Shown here: one piece after another, positions 9,786-21,000 of the stretch
Layout: every line of letters starts with the position of its first letter
How positions within the stretch are numbered: position 1 is the stretch's first letter
Position numbers and translations under genes: made by a program
DNA from: Novakomyces olei
Taxonomy: Eukaryota
Length of the DNA stretch: 64,000 nucleotides
NCBI GenBank assembly: GCA_016906335.1
Contig: JADEYG010000005.1
Location: 1-64,000 of the forward strand
Reading direction: 5' to 3'
Notes under the pieces: model-generated
What the model was told of the DNA's origin: nothing
Seen by the model: only the letters and a program-made list of their open reading frames with translations
The model's database searches: none

Positions 9786-10994
9786 TGTAAGACGGTCCTT
9801 ACAGCTACAATCGCTGGAGGCCGGCCGTGTATAGTTTAAATAAAGTAAAGGAATAAGAAAGACCAGGAAAGCAGAAAGCGATTACTGTAAAGCTTACCAG
9901 GAGTAATATAATGTATTACTCCCACTTTGAGATAATCAACCCGTGAAGGGCGAGAGGCCTTCACGGGCAACTATAAACTAAACTAAGTTGCGGAGGAGCG
10001 GATACTCCTTCGCATTCTAAACTACTCTTCCCAGGCTAACTTATGCGAAGGTCGCACAAGTTAGAGAGGGAAGCTCTCAGCCTAAACTAGTCTATGGAAA
10101 TAACAATGAATGTTCTCGCGCTAGCGGAGTGCGAAGGGTCGCACTCGCTAGCGTGCGAGAATGAGAACGGGAAGCGAGGTCCGTGCACATTGTGCATGGA
10201 GCCCCTCGCTCCCGTGGGCCAAGCTGGCTTAGTGCGCGTACCTACATGCGCGCTAAGACAACTTCTACGTCCCAAGACCATCGCGTTACGCGCCGACTGG
10301 TCTTGGGCCGCGTTGGCGAAGCTTGCGACGCGCGGACATCCCAAGTCCGACTACAGGCGTCGCCCCTCGCTTCCCAACGCGGTTGTCAGGAACTCGCCAA
10401 GGCGAGGATCATGACAGTATCCCCCCCTCCCTTGGGCGAGGTCCCCGCGCCCGCAAAACATAAAATATCCCAAAACAATAGTAAGGCGAAAATAAAAACA
10501 ACAGATTTCCCAGCTTCCAACATAATAAGGAACATTGCAACTCTTCCACAGTCTTGTCTCAATAAAATAGCATGGGTAAATCAAATCAATCAATAAATGT
10601 TCGCATTGCCCTGCGTAAGGAAAGAAAATTAAAATGCGAGCACGAACACATGTAGACCATACTGTCTTCCAATTGCAAACCAAGTCGTCTCCCTGGTCAG
10701 TGTTGTCGTATCTCCTCCGTATAACGTGTGTATGTCGTGCGATAGAATAAACAATAGTCGCGTTCAATTTGTCAACGCCGTAAATGATTGAAGCGGTGTT
10801 AGCTTCATCGTTTTCGATTTTAATAATTTTTTTTTGCATGATTTTCAAAAAAGTTTTTTCCAAATAGCGATAAATAACTAGTGCGAATTGTGTATTATAT
10901 CGCAGTCGTAAACAAAAATCAAGAGTTGAGTCTCGCGATTGCGTAAGATTACGTGAGTTGAATGACGTAACCTGTATCGCGATTAACGTAAACA

Positions 10995-13900
10995 TCATAG
11001 CTTCGGCTTAGCCGGGTGTAATCTGTGAAATTCTTTCACTAAATCGTCGCAATTTGTCAAATTGCCTGCCGGCTCCCAAGTGCGATTAGCACTATCGTAT
11101 CCCTTCCAGTGTACGAAGTATTCCAATTTGTTTCTTCGCTTCCTTGAGTCCAACACTTCCTCTACCTCCCACTCTGGTGTATTCTCAATTATTATTGGTG
11201 GTGGTGGTGCTGTCTGCTGTCGCACAATCGTAGACGTAGACTTGTACGATTCCAATAAAGAAGCATGGAATACTGGATGTATTCTCATCGTGTTCGGTAA
11301 ATCCAACTTGTATGCACGTAAACCGATACGTTCCAAGATTGCAAAGGGTCCAATCTTCTTGTAATCCAACTTGTCGCTTGGCCTAGTGGTACTGATGTTC
11401 TTTCTCACTAGCCATACTTTTTGGCCGACTTCAAAATCCTTGTCGACACGGTGCGTGTTAGCAAACCGTGCTTGATCGCTAATGGCATGTTTGATTTCAA
11501 TCTGTAAAAGGCGATGTAGTGTTCGCAAGAAATCAATCCGATTGTCCGCCGATGGACATTGCCGTGCTGTTGCTATCGTAAAACGGCATTTGGGGTGATA
11601 CCCATATAAAGCGTAACTAGGTGTCGCTTTTGTCGATGATTGCTCAGTATTGTTATATGCGAACTGTGCAAAAGGTAGCAAGTTTACCCAATTCGTTTGT
11701 TGGTAATTGCTGTAAATTCTCAAATATTGCTCGAGGCTCTGATTAAGCCTTTCCGTTTGTCCATCGCTCTGGGGATGGTACGCAGTCGATAACCTTTGCT
11801 TGATATCACAATGTGCGAGTAAATGCTTTGTAAAATGTGATACGAAAACTGATCCACGATCTGAGATAATTTCTTCTGGCAGTCCAAAGTTAGCAAATAC
11901 TCTGTGAGCGTATAGCAATGCTAGTTCTTTCGCGCTCATGGTCTCGCATATTGGTACAAAGATGCCTATCTTCGTAAAGCGACATACTATAACCCAAATT
12001 GAGTCGTAGTCTTTGCCTGTGATGACATCTCTTGACACGGGGAGCTTCACAATGAAGTCCATAGCAATGCTTTCCCAAGGCTTTGTAGGTACTCGCAACG
12101 AATGTAATAGACCGTAGGGAGCATGACGCGATGATTTACTTCGTGCGCAAGTGTCGCATGAGTCCACATAATTAAATACGTCCTTTCGCATCCTAGGCCA
12201 GTAGTAATTCCTCGTCACAAGCTCTAGCGTCTTAGCCTGTCCGGGGTGACCTGAAGTCTGTGAATCATGACATTCTTGCATGATTGATAATCGCAAATCG
12301 TTGTCTCTGGGTATATAAATCAAACCCGAGAACATCAGAAGACCTTTCTTGTCTAACGTATAATTTTCCAAATGAGCAGCATCAGGCTTGCTCTTTAGCT
12401 CCTCAATAATATTTTTGCAAATGCTGTCCTTCTCGTAGCATTTCTTAATATCCTGTGCTAGCGTTTTGTTGTCCTCAATCGCAAACACAAATTGCGATTT
12501 GTCCAAAAGCACCATTGTTCGTTCTGGCTTTTCCTCCTCTTCGCTGCTAACGTAATCGCTTCTTCGCGATAAGGAATCAGCCTTGTGATTGAACTTTCCC
12601 GCACGATACACAATCACGAAATCGTAAGACGCAAGTAGCTGCGACCAGCGCATTTGCCGTCTATTCAGGACACGCGCGGTCCAAAAGTACACAAGATTGC
12701 GATGATCCGTGTATATCGTGGTTTTGTGAAGGGGACTCTCCAAGTACACCCTCCATTCCCGAAGACATACAACAATAGCTAATAGCTCCTTGTCGTGAAT
12801 GTCGTAGTTCGTCTCTGCGCTTGTCATCTTGCGCGAGTAAAATGCGATTGGTCTCATGTCGCCGTTTTCATCCTTTTGCGAGAGGATCCCGCCTATCGCA
12901 AAATCTGAGGCGTCCGTTTCCAAGAAGCTCGGCTTTTGTGGATCAAAGTGCACAAGAATAGGTGCGCCTAAGAATGCATCCTTCAACGCATTGAATGACT
13001 CCCTGCATTCGTCGCTAAACACGAACTTTGTATCCTTCTTTAAAAGCCGGGTAAGAGGTACCGTAATCTTGCTGTAGTTGGCGATGAATCTTCGGTAATA
13101 GTTCGCCAGTCCCAGGAACGACATAACCTCCTTAACATTTTTTGGCTCGGGCCATGTTTCAATCGATTTGACCTTCGTATTTTCCATCGACACACCTTTC
13201 GTTGAAATCACGAAGCCAAGAAACTCCGTTGTGTCGGTATGGAATTCGCATTTCTCCAATTTGACAAATAAATTTGCCTTGCGAAGTCTTTCCAATACTC
13301 CGCGCACGTGCTCCACGTGTTCTTCCTCTGTATTTGAGTAAATCAGTATATCGTCCAAGTAAACGACAACATATCGATCCAGGCAATCTCGCAAAGTGTC
13401 GTTGGCGAGTGCTTGAAACGAAGCCGGGGCATTCGTAAGCCCAAACGGCATGACTTGGTACTCGTAGTGGCCGTACCTCGTACGAAAGGCCGTTTTCCAT
13501 TCGTCGCCTTTTCGTATCCTAACCAAATTATATGCACCGCGAAGATCCAGTCGCGTAAAAATAGTTGCTTGGCGAATGCGATCTAGAAGTTCCGAGATAA
13601 GCGGTAATGCATATCTGTTTTTGACAGTGATTGCGTTCAGACCGCGATAGTCAACGCATAATCTAAGCGATCCATCTTTCTTTTTGACAAATAAGATCGG
13701 CGCCCCCGCGGGCGACGACGACGGTCGTATAAAACCTTTAGCGAGGTTTTCCTTGATATAATCTCTCAGCGTTTGCAATTCGCGTTCGGCGAGCGGGTAG
13801 ATCGGACCAAAAGGCGGCTTTGCATTTTCGGCCAAGGGTATCGCATGATCCCAAGGTTGATGTTTCGGCAAAACGTCCGCGTTCTTCTTCTCAAATAGGT

Positions 13901-14543
13901 CGCGATATCCCTCGTAGAATCCAGGCAATGTAACGCGAGGCTTGATCTCTTGCTCGTCCGTTGCGTACACACATAAAATGCCTGATTCTCCATTACGAGC
14001 CAATCTTGCAAATTCGGTTGCGCTGACTTGCATGGATTCGGATAATGTACTGCACTTCAAACAGTTCGCCAAACAGTAGTTCGACTTGAACTCGACGTTT
14101 GCGCGACTCCATCCGATCGTAGGCTCATGCTTGTCCAACCATGGCTTGCCCAAGATAGCATCGTATCCACGAAGAGGTATGACATTGAAGGTCATCCTTT
14201 CTCGATGTTCGCCAATTGATATATCCATCTCGCTGGTGTGAAAGCGAATACCTCCTGACTTGATTGTCCTGCCATCAACGACTCTGATGGGCTCGGTCTC
14301 GCTCTTCTCCGTAAGCTTAATAAAAGCATGCGATGCGAGCTTCTCGCTGATAAAATTAGAGGTAGCTCCTGAGTCAATCAGGGCTCTCGCGTTCAACTCT
14401 CCATCCTCTGTCTTGACTTTCACGACGACAGTCAGATGTTTTGCTTTGTCCGGTTCCGTAAAAACTGTCATAACTTCTGGTGGCCTAAATAGTTGTTTGC
14501 CCAGATCAGGCCTTTTCATTGGACCTGGGCGTTCGCTTTTCCC
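10995..14543 (-). CDS. pol: Pol polyprotein (PR-RT-RNase H-IN-chromodomain), likely reached by -1 frameshift from gag
   Basis: LIDSGA protease, YLDD RT, ETDASD RNase H, HHCC plus DDE integrase, GPF motif and C-terminal chromodomain WEVEEVLD..YFVHWKGY..TWEP. Confidence 0.95.
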   Translation of the reverse strand, partial: GKSERPGPMKRPDLGKQLFRPPEVMTVFTEPDKAKHLTVVVKVKTEDGELNARALIDSGATSNFISEKLASHAFIKLTEKSETEPIRVVDGRTIKSGGIRFHTSEMDISIGEHRERMTFNVIPLRGYDAILGKPWLDKHEPTIGWSRANVEFKSNYCLANCLKCSTLSESMQVSATEFARLARNGESGILCVYATDEQEIKPRVTLPGFYEGYRDLFEKKNADVLPKHQPWDHAIPLAENAKPPFGPIYPLAERELQTLRDYIKENLAKGFIRPSSSPAGAPILFVKKKDGSLRLCVDYRGLNAITVKNRYALPLISELLDRIRQATIFTRLDLRGAYNLVRIRKGDEWKTAFRTRYGHYEYQVMPFGLTNAPASFQALANDTLRDCLDRYVVVYLDDILIYSNTEEEHVEHVRGVLERLRKANLFVKLEKCEFHTDTTEFLGFVISTKGVSMENTKVKSIETWPEPKNVKEVMSFLGLANYYRRFIANYSKITVPLTRLLKKDTKFVFSDECRESFNALKDAFLGAPILVHFDPQKPSFLETDASDFAIGGILSQKDENGDMRPIAFYSRKMTSAETNYDIHDKELLAIVVCLREWRVYLESPLHKTTIYTDHRNLVYFWTARVLNRRQMRWSQLLASYDFVIVYRAGKFNHKADSLSRRSDYVSSEEEEKPERTMVLLDKSQFVFAIEDNKTLAQDIKKCYEKDSICKNIIEELKSKPDAAHLENYTLDKKGLLMFSGLIYIPRDNDLRLSIMQECHDSQTSGHPGQAKTLELVTRNYYWPRMRKDVFNYVDSCDTCARSKSSRHAPYGLLHSLRVPTKPWESIAMDFIVKLPVSRDVITGKDYDSIWVIVCRFTKIGIFVPICETMSAKELALLYAHRVFANFGLPEEIISDRGSVFVSHFTKHLLAHCDIKQRLSTAYHPQSDGQTERLNQSLEQYLRIYSNYQQTNWVNLLPFAQFAYNNTEQSSTKATPSYALYGYHPKCRFTIATARQCPSADNRIDFLRTLHRLLQIEIKHAISDQARFANTHRVDKDFEVGQKVWLVRKNISTTRPSDKLDYKKIGPFAILERIGLRAYKLDLPNTMRIHPVFHASLLESYKSTSTIVRQQTAPPPPIIIENTPEWEVEEVLDSRKRRNKLEYFVHWKGYDSANRTWEPAGNLTNCDDLVKEFHRLHPAKPKL

Positions 14544-15448
14544 AAATCGGAAAATTCGTGCGTGAATGCAGCGACGTGTTGCTGATTGTACGTCTTCTTC
14601 TTCTGCTTGCATTCTCTTGCTCGATGACCCACGCGTCCACAGTTAAAGCATTTGATGTTGCTTTTGCGATGGTTGTCATCTTCCTTTTCTAAACTAATCG
14701 CGTCCACATCCATAGGAGTAAAACTTGTACTCGCGTTTGCAGCCGGGCGGTTGTTGGAATATTTCACGGAACCGCGGCTTGCACTCTCGATGTGCCTGTC
14801 GGATATTCTTCCATCCACGCGAACTGAAATCTCAATCATTTCATTCAAAGTGCGGGGTCTGTCCATCCTGGAAAGCTCATCCTTGATGCGATCCTTCAGC
14901 CCCTGATAATACATGAACGTCAGCGCACTGTCATTGAAATCCAAGTACGAAGCAATTCTTTGAAAAATGCTCGCATAAGATGCTGCTGATCCACGTTGTC
15001 TCAAGGCGGCTAACTCTCTTTGCGCCTGACTCACCCTGTCGACCTTGCCGAAATTCGCGGCCAACGCTTCGCAAAAGGCTTCAAAAGTAGGTACTACCGA
15101 AGCGAAGTCGTTGTTGCGAAGGTGTGGTTCGAACCACGCAAATGCGGCGTCCCGCAAATACGAAGCTGCGAACAAAACCTTCGAACGCTCGTCGCGAAAC
15201 TCGTGCGGTTTCAACATGATGTAAAGGCGAAGCTGCGCCAAAAAATTCTCGACCATTTTGCGGTCCCCACGAAACGCGTCGGGCTTCATCACCGCTGGTC
15301 CGTCACTCGTCGGAGCTCTCTTAGCTCGCGAACCGATCTCCTGGGTCAGATGCGCAATGTGCGATCGCCCTTTCTCGTTCTCTGCCTTCAACTCGGCAAT
15401 CTGAGTTTGCAGGGATTGCAAAAAGGTGTTAAGCTCCTCTTGCGACAT
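14516..15448 (-). CDS. gag: Gag with CCHC zinc knuckle
   Basis: 310 aa with a retrotransposon-gag-like core, PMDVD motif and CFNCGRVGHRAREC knuckle. Confidence 0.93.
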   Translation of the reverse strand: MSQEELNTFLQSLQTQIAELKAENEKGRSHIAHLTQEIGSRAKRAPTSDGPAVMKPDAFRGDRKMVENFLAQLRLYIMLKPHEFRDERSKVLFAASYLRDAAFAWFEPHLRNNDFASVVPTFEAFCEALAANFGKVDRVSQAQRELAALRQRGSAASYASIFQRIASYLDFNDSALTFMYYQGLKDRIKDELSRMDRPRTLNEMIEISVRVDGRISDRHIESASRGSVKYSNNRPAANASTSFTPMDVDAISLEKEDDNHRKSNIKCFNCGRVGHRARECKQKKKTYNQQHVAAFTHEFSDLGKANAQVQ

Positions 15449-17117
15449 CTTGTCCCTCGTACCGCAAAACTCGTAATCGTAATCGTTCTTCCAGAACCGT
15501 TCTTCGTAAATTGTTCACTCAATCGTCGACTTTTTAAGCCGATACTCAATAACTCAAAATAACTGTGTTTCACCGGAACACTCGATAACTCAAAATTCTC
15601 AAACTCGAATCCACGTCCTTCACTCGACGCTTTAACCGTTTTAACTTCCGTAAAAATCCGTAAAAATAAGTACCGAACCGCGTCTTTGACTCGACGTCCG
15701 AAACTCTCTCGAATCCGAAGGAAATAAAACACAAACAATTCCAAAAAACTTCAAACTTCAACGACCGGGACGGGTTGATTATAGTGTAAGACGGTCCTTA
15801 CAGCTACAATCGCTGGAGGCCGGCCGTGTATAGTTTAAATAAAGTAAAGGAATAAGAAAGACCAGGAAAGCAGAAAGCGATTACTGTAAAGCTTACCAGG
15901 AGTAATATAATGTATTACTCCCACTTTGAGATAATCAACCCGTGAAGGGCGAGAGGCCTTCACGGGCAACTATAAACTAAACTAAGTTGCGGAGGAGCGG
16001 ATACTCCTTCGCATTCTAAACTACTCTTCCCAGGCTAACTTATGCGAAGGTCGCACAAGTTAGAGAGGGAAGCTCTCAGCCTAAACTAGTCTATGGAAAT
16101 AACTATGAATGTTCTCGCGCTAGCGGAGTGCGAAGGGTCGCACTCGCTAGCGTGCGAGAATGAGAACGGGAAGCGAGGTCCGTGCACATTGTGCATGGAG
16201 CCCCTCGCTCCCGTGGGCCAAGCTGGCTTAGTGCGCGTACCTACATGCGCACTAAGACAACTTCTACGTCCCAAGACCATCGCGTTACGCGCCGACTGGT
16301 CTTGGGCCGCGTTGGCGAAGCTTGCGACGCGCGGACATCCCAAGTCCGACTACAGGCGTCGCCCCTCGCTTCCCAACGCGGTTGTCAGGAACTCGCCAAG
16401 GCGAGGATCATGACAGCTAGCGAGTGCGACCCTTCGCACTCCGCTAGCGCGAGAACATTCATTGTTATTTCCATAGACTAGTTTAGGCTGAGAGCTTCCC
16501 TCTCTAACTTGTGCGACCTTCGCATAAGTTAGCCTGGGAAGAGTAGTTTAGAATGCGAAGGAGTATCCGCTCCTCCGCAACTTAGTTTAGTTTATAGTTG
16601 CCCGTGAAGGCCTCTCGCCCTTCACGGGTTGATTATCTCAAAGTGGGAGTAATACATTATATTACTCCTGGTAAGCTTTACAGTAATCGCTTTCTGCTTT
16701 CCTGGTCTTTCTTATTCCTTTACTTTATTTAAACTATACACGCCGGCCTCCAGCGATTGTAGCTGTAAGGACCGTCTTACACTATAATCAACCCGTCCCG
16801 GTCGTTGAAGTTTGAAGTTTTTTGGAATTGTTTGTGTTTTATTTCCTTCGGATTCGAGAGAGTTTCGGACGTCGAGTCAAAGACGCGGTTCGGTACTTAT
16901 TTTTACGGATTTTTACGGAAGTTAAAACGGTTAAAGCGTCGAGTGAAGGACGTGGATTCGAGTTTGAGAATTTTGAGTTATCGAGTGTTCCGGTGAAACA
17001 CAGTTATTTTGAGTTATTGAGTATCGGCTTAAAAAGTCGACGATTGAGTGAACAATTTACGAAGAACGGTTCTGGAAGAACGATTACGATTACGAGTTTT
17101 GCGGTACGAGGGACAAG

Positions 17118-18050
17118 ATGTCGCAAGAGGAGCTTAACACCTTTTTGCAATCCCTGCAAACTCAGATTGCCGAGTTGAAGGCAGAGAACGAGAAAGGGCG
17201 ATCGCACATTGCGCATCTGACCCAGGAGATCGGTTCGCGAGCTAAGAGAGCTCCGACGAGTGACGGACCAGCGGTGATGAAGCCCGACGCGTTTCGTGGG
17301 GACCGCAAAATGGTCGAGAATTTTTTGGCGCAGCTTCGCCTTTACATCATGTTGAAACCGCACGAGTTTCGCGACGAGCGTTCGAAGGTTTTGTTCGCAG
17401 CTTCGTATTTGCGGGACGCCGCATTTGCGTGGTTCGAACCACACCTTCGCAACAACGACTTCGCTTCGGTAGTACCTACTTTTGAAGCCTTTTGCGAAGC
17501 GTTGGCCGCGAATTTCGGCAAGGTCGACAGGGTGAGTCAGGCGCAAAGAGAGTTAGCCGCCTTGAGACAACGTGGATCAGCAGCATCTTATGCGAGCATT
17601 TTTCAAAGAATTGCTTCGTACTTGGATTTCAATGACAGTGCGCTGACGTTCATGTATTATCAGGGGCTGAAGGATCGCATCAAGGATGAGCTTTCCAGGA
17701 TGGACAGACCCCGCACTTTGAATGAAATGATTGAGATTTCAGTTCGCGTGGATGGAAGAATATCCGACAGGCACATCGAGAGTGCAAGCCGCGGTTCCGT
17801 GAAATATTCCAACAACCGCCCGGCTGCAAACGCGAGTACAAGTTTTACTCCTATGGATGTGGACGCGATTAGTTTAGAAAAGGAAGATGACAACCATCGC
17901 AAAAGCAACATCAAATGCTTTAACTGTGGACGCGTGGGTCATCGAGCAAGAGAATGCAAGCAGAAGAAGAAGACGTACAATCAGCAACACGTCGCTGCAT
18001 TCACGCACGAATTTTCCGATTTGGGAAAAGCGAACGCCCAGGTCCAATGA
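17118..18050 (+). CDS. gag: Gag with CCHC zinc knuckle
   Basis: Protein identical to that of 14516-15448. Confidence 0.93.
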   Translation: MSQEELNTFLQSLQTQIAELKAENEKGRSHIAHLTQEIGSRAKRAPTSDGPAVMKPDAFRGDRKMVENFLAQLRLYIMLKPHEFRDERSKVLFAASYLRDAAFAWFEPHLRNNDFASVVPTFEAFCEALAANFGKVDRVSQAQRELAALRQRGSAASYASIFQRIASYLDFNDSALTFMYYQGLKDRIKDELSRMDRPRTLNEMIEISVRVDGRISDRHIESASRGSVKYSNNRPAANASTSFTPMDVDAISLEKEDDNHRKSNIKCFNCGRVGHRARECKQKKKTYNQQHVAAFTHEFSDLGKANAQVQ

Positions 18051-21000
18051 AAAGGCCTGATCTGGGCAAACAACTATTTAGGCCACCAGAAGTTATGACA
18101 GTTTTTACGGAACCGGACAAAGCAAAACATCTGACTGTCGTCGTGAAAGTCAAGACAGAGGATGGAGAGTTGAACGCGAGAGCCCTGATTGACTCAGGAG
18201 CTACCTCTAATTTTATCAGCGAGAAGCTCGCATCGCATGCTTTTATTAAGCTTACGGAGAAGAGCGAGACCGAGCCCATCAGAGTCGTTGATGGAAGGAC
18301 AATCAAGTCAGGAGGTATTCGCTTTCACACCAGCGAGATGGATATATCAATTGGCGAACATCGAGAAAGGATGACCTTCAATGTCATACCTCTTCGTGGA
18401 TACGATGCTATCTTGGGCAAGCCATGGTTGGACAAGCATGAGCCTACGATCGGATGGAGTCGCGCAAACGTCGAGTTCAAGTCGAACTACTGTTTGGCGA
18501 ACTGTTTGAAGTGCAGTACATTATCCGAATCCATGCAAGTCAGCGCAACCGAATTTGCAAGATTGGCTCGTAATGGAGAATCAGGCATTTTATGTGTGTA
18601 CGCAACGGACGAGCAAGAGATCAAGCCTCGCGTTACATTGCCTGGATTCTACGAGGGATATCGCGACCTATTTGAGAAGAAGAACGCGGACGTTTTGCCG
18701 AAACATCAACCTTGGGATCATGCGATACCCTTGGCCGAAAATGCAAAGCCGCCTTTTGGTCCGATCTACCCGCTCGCCGAACGCGAATTGCAAACGCTGA
18801 GAGATTATATCAAGGAAAACCTCGCTAAAGGTTTTATACGACCGTCGTCGTCGCCCGCGGGGGCGCCGATCTTATTTGTCAAAAAGAAAGATGGATCGCT
18901 TAGATTATGCGTTGACTATCGCGGTCTGAACGCAATCACTGTCAAAAACAGATATGCATTACCGCTTATCTCGGAACTTCTAGATCGCATTCGCCAAGCA
19001 ACTATTTTTACGCGACTGGATCTTCGCGGTGCATATAATTTGGTTAGGATACGAAAAGGCGACGAATGGAAAACGGCCTTTCGTACGAGGTACGGCCACT
19101 ACGAGTACCAAGTCATGCCGTTTGGGCTTACGAATGCCCCGGCTTCGTTTCAAGCACTCGCCAACGACACTTTGCGAGATTGCCTGGATCGATATGTTGT
19201 CGTTTACTTGGACGATATACTGATTTACTCAAATACAGAGGAAGAACACGTGGAGCACGTGCGCGGAGTATTGGAGAGACTTCGCAAGGCAAATTTATTT
19301 GTCAAATTGGAGAAATGCGAATTCCATACCGACACAACGGAGTTTCTTGGCTTCGTGATTTCAACGAAAGGTGTGTCGATGGAAAATACGAAGGTCAAAT
19401 CGATTGAAACATGGCCCGAGCCAAAAAATGTTAAGGAGGTTATGTCGTTCCTGGGACTGGCGAACTATTACCGAAGATTCATCGCCAACTACAGCAAGAT
19501 TACGGTACCTCTTACCCGGCTTTTAAAGAAGGATACAAAGTTCGTGTTTAGCGACGAATGCAGGGAGTCATTCAATGCGTTGAAGGATGCATTCTTAGGC
19601 GCACCTATTCTTGTGCACTTTGATCCACAAAAGCCGAGCTTCTTGGAAACGGACGCCTCAGATTTTGCGATAGGCGGGATCCTCTCGCAAAAGGATGAAA
19701 ACGGCGACATGAGACCAATCGCATTTTACTCGCGCAAGATGACAAGCGCAGAGACGAACTACGACATTCACGACAAGGAGCTATTAGCTATTGTTGTATG
19801 TCTTCGGGAATGGAGGGTGTACTTGGAGAGTCCCCTTCACAAAACCACGATATACACGGATCATCGCAATCTTGTGTACTTTTGGACCGCGCGTGTCCTG
19901 AATAGACGGCAAATGCGCTGGTCGCAGCTACTTGCGTCTTACGATTTCGTGATTGTGTATCGTGCGGGAAAGTTCAATCACAAGGCTGATTCCTTATCGC
20001 GAAGAAGCGATTACGTTAGCAGCGAAGAGGAGGAAAAGCCAGAACGAACAATGGTGCTTTTGGACAAATCGCAATTTGTGTTTGCGATTGAGGACAACAA
20101 AACGCTAGCACAGGATATTAAGAAATGCTACGAGAAGGACAGCATTTGCAAAAATATTATTGAGGAGTTAAAGAGCAAGCCCGATGCTGCTCATTTGGAG
20201 AATTATACAATGGACAAGGAAGGTCTTTTAATGTTCTCGGGTTTGATTTACATACCCAGAGACAACGATTTGCGATTATCAATCATGCAAGAATGTCATG
20301 ATTCGCAGACTTCAGGTCACCCCGGACAGGCTAAGACGCTAGAGCTTGTGACAAGGAACTATTACTGGCCAAGGATGCGAAAGGACGTATTTAACTATGT
20401 GGAGTCATGCGACACTTGCGCACGAAGTAAATCATCGCATCATGCTCCCTACGGTCTATTACATTCGTTGCGAGTACCTACAAAGCCTTGGGAAAGCATT
20501 GCTATGGACTTCATTGTGAAGCTCCCGGTGTCAAGAGATGTCATCACAGGCAAAGACTACGACTCAATTTGGGTTATAGTATGTCGCTTTACGAAGATAG
20601 GCATCTTTGTACCAATATGCGAGACCATGAGCGCGAAAGAACTAGCATTGCTATACGCTCACAGAGTATTTGCTAACTTTGGACTGCCAGAAGAAATTAT
20701 CTCAGATCGTGGATCAGTTTTCGTATCACATTTTACGAAGCATTTACTCGCACATTGTGATATCAAGCAAAGGTTATCAACTGCGTACCATCCCCAGAGC
20801 GATGGACAAACGGAAAGGCTTAATCAGAGCCTCGAGCAATATTTGAGAATTTACAGCAATTACCAACAAACGAATTGGGTAAACTTGCTACCTTTTGCAC
20901 AGTTCGCATATAACAATACTGAGCAATCATCAATAAAAGCGACCCCTAGTTACGCTTTATATGGGTATCACCCCAAATGCCGTTTTACGATAGCAACAGC

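Larger units (their letters stand above)
9786..16415 (-). mobile_element. Ty3/gypsy chromovirus, minus-strand copy (LTRs 9786-10416 and 15785-16415, 631 bp each)
   Basis: TG...CA LTRs, PPT next to 10417, primer site next to 15784, and intact gag and pol ORFs. Confidence 0.95.

Noticed and set aside
10087-10596. ORFs of 85-137 aa recurring in each gypsy LTR
   Set aside because: They recur only because the GC-rich LTR is repeated and show no protein motifs.
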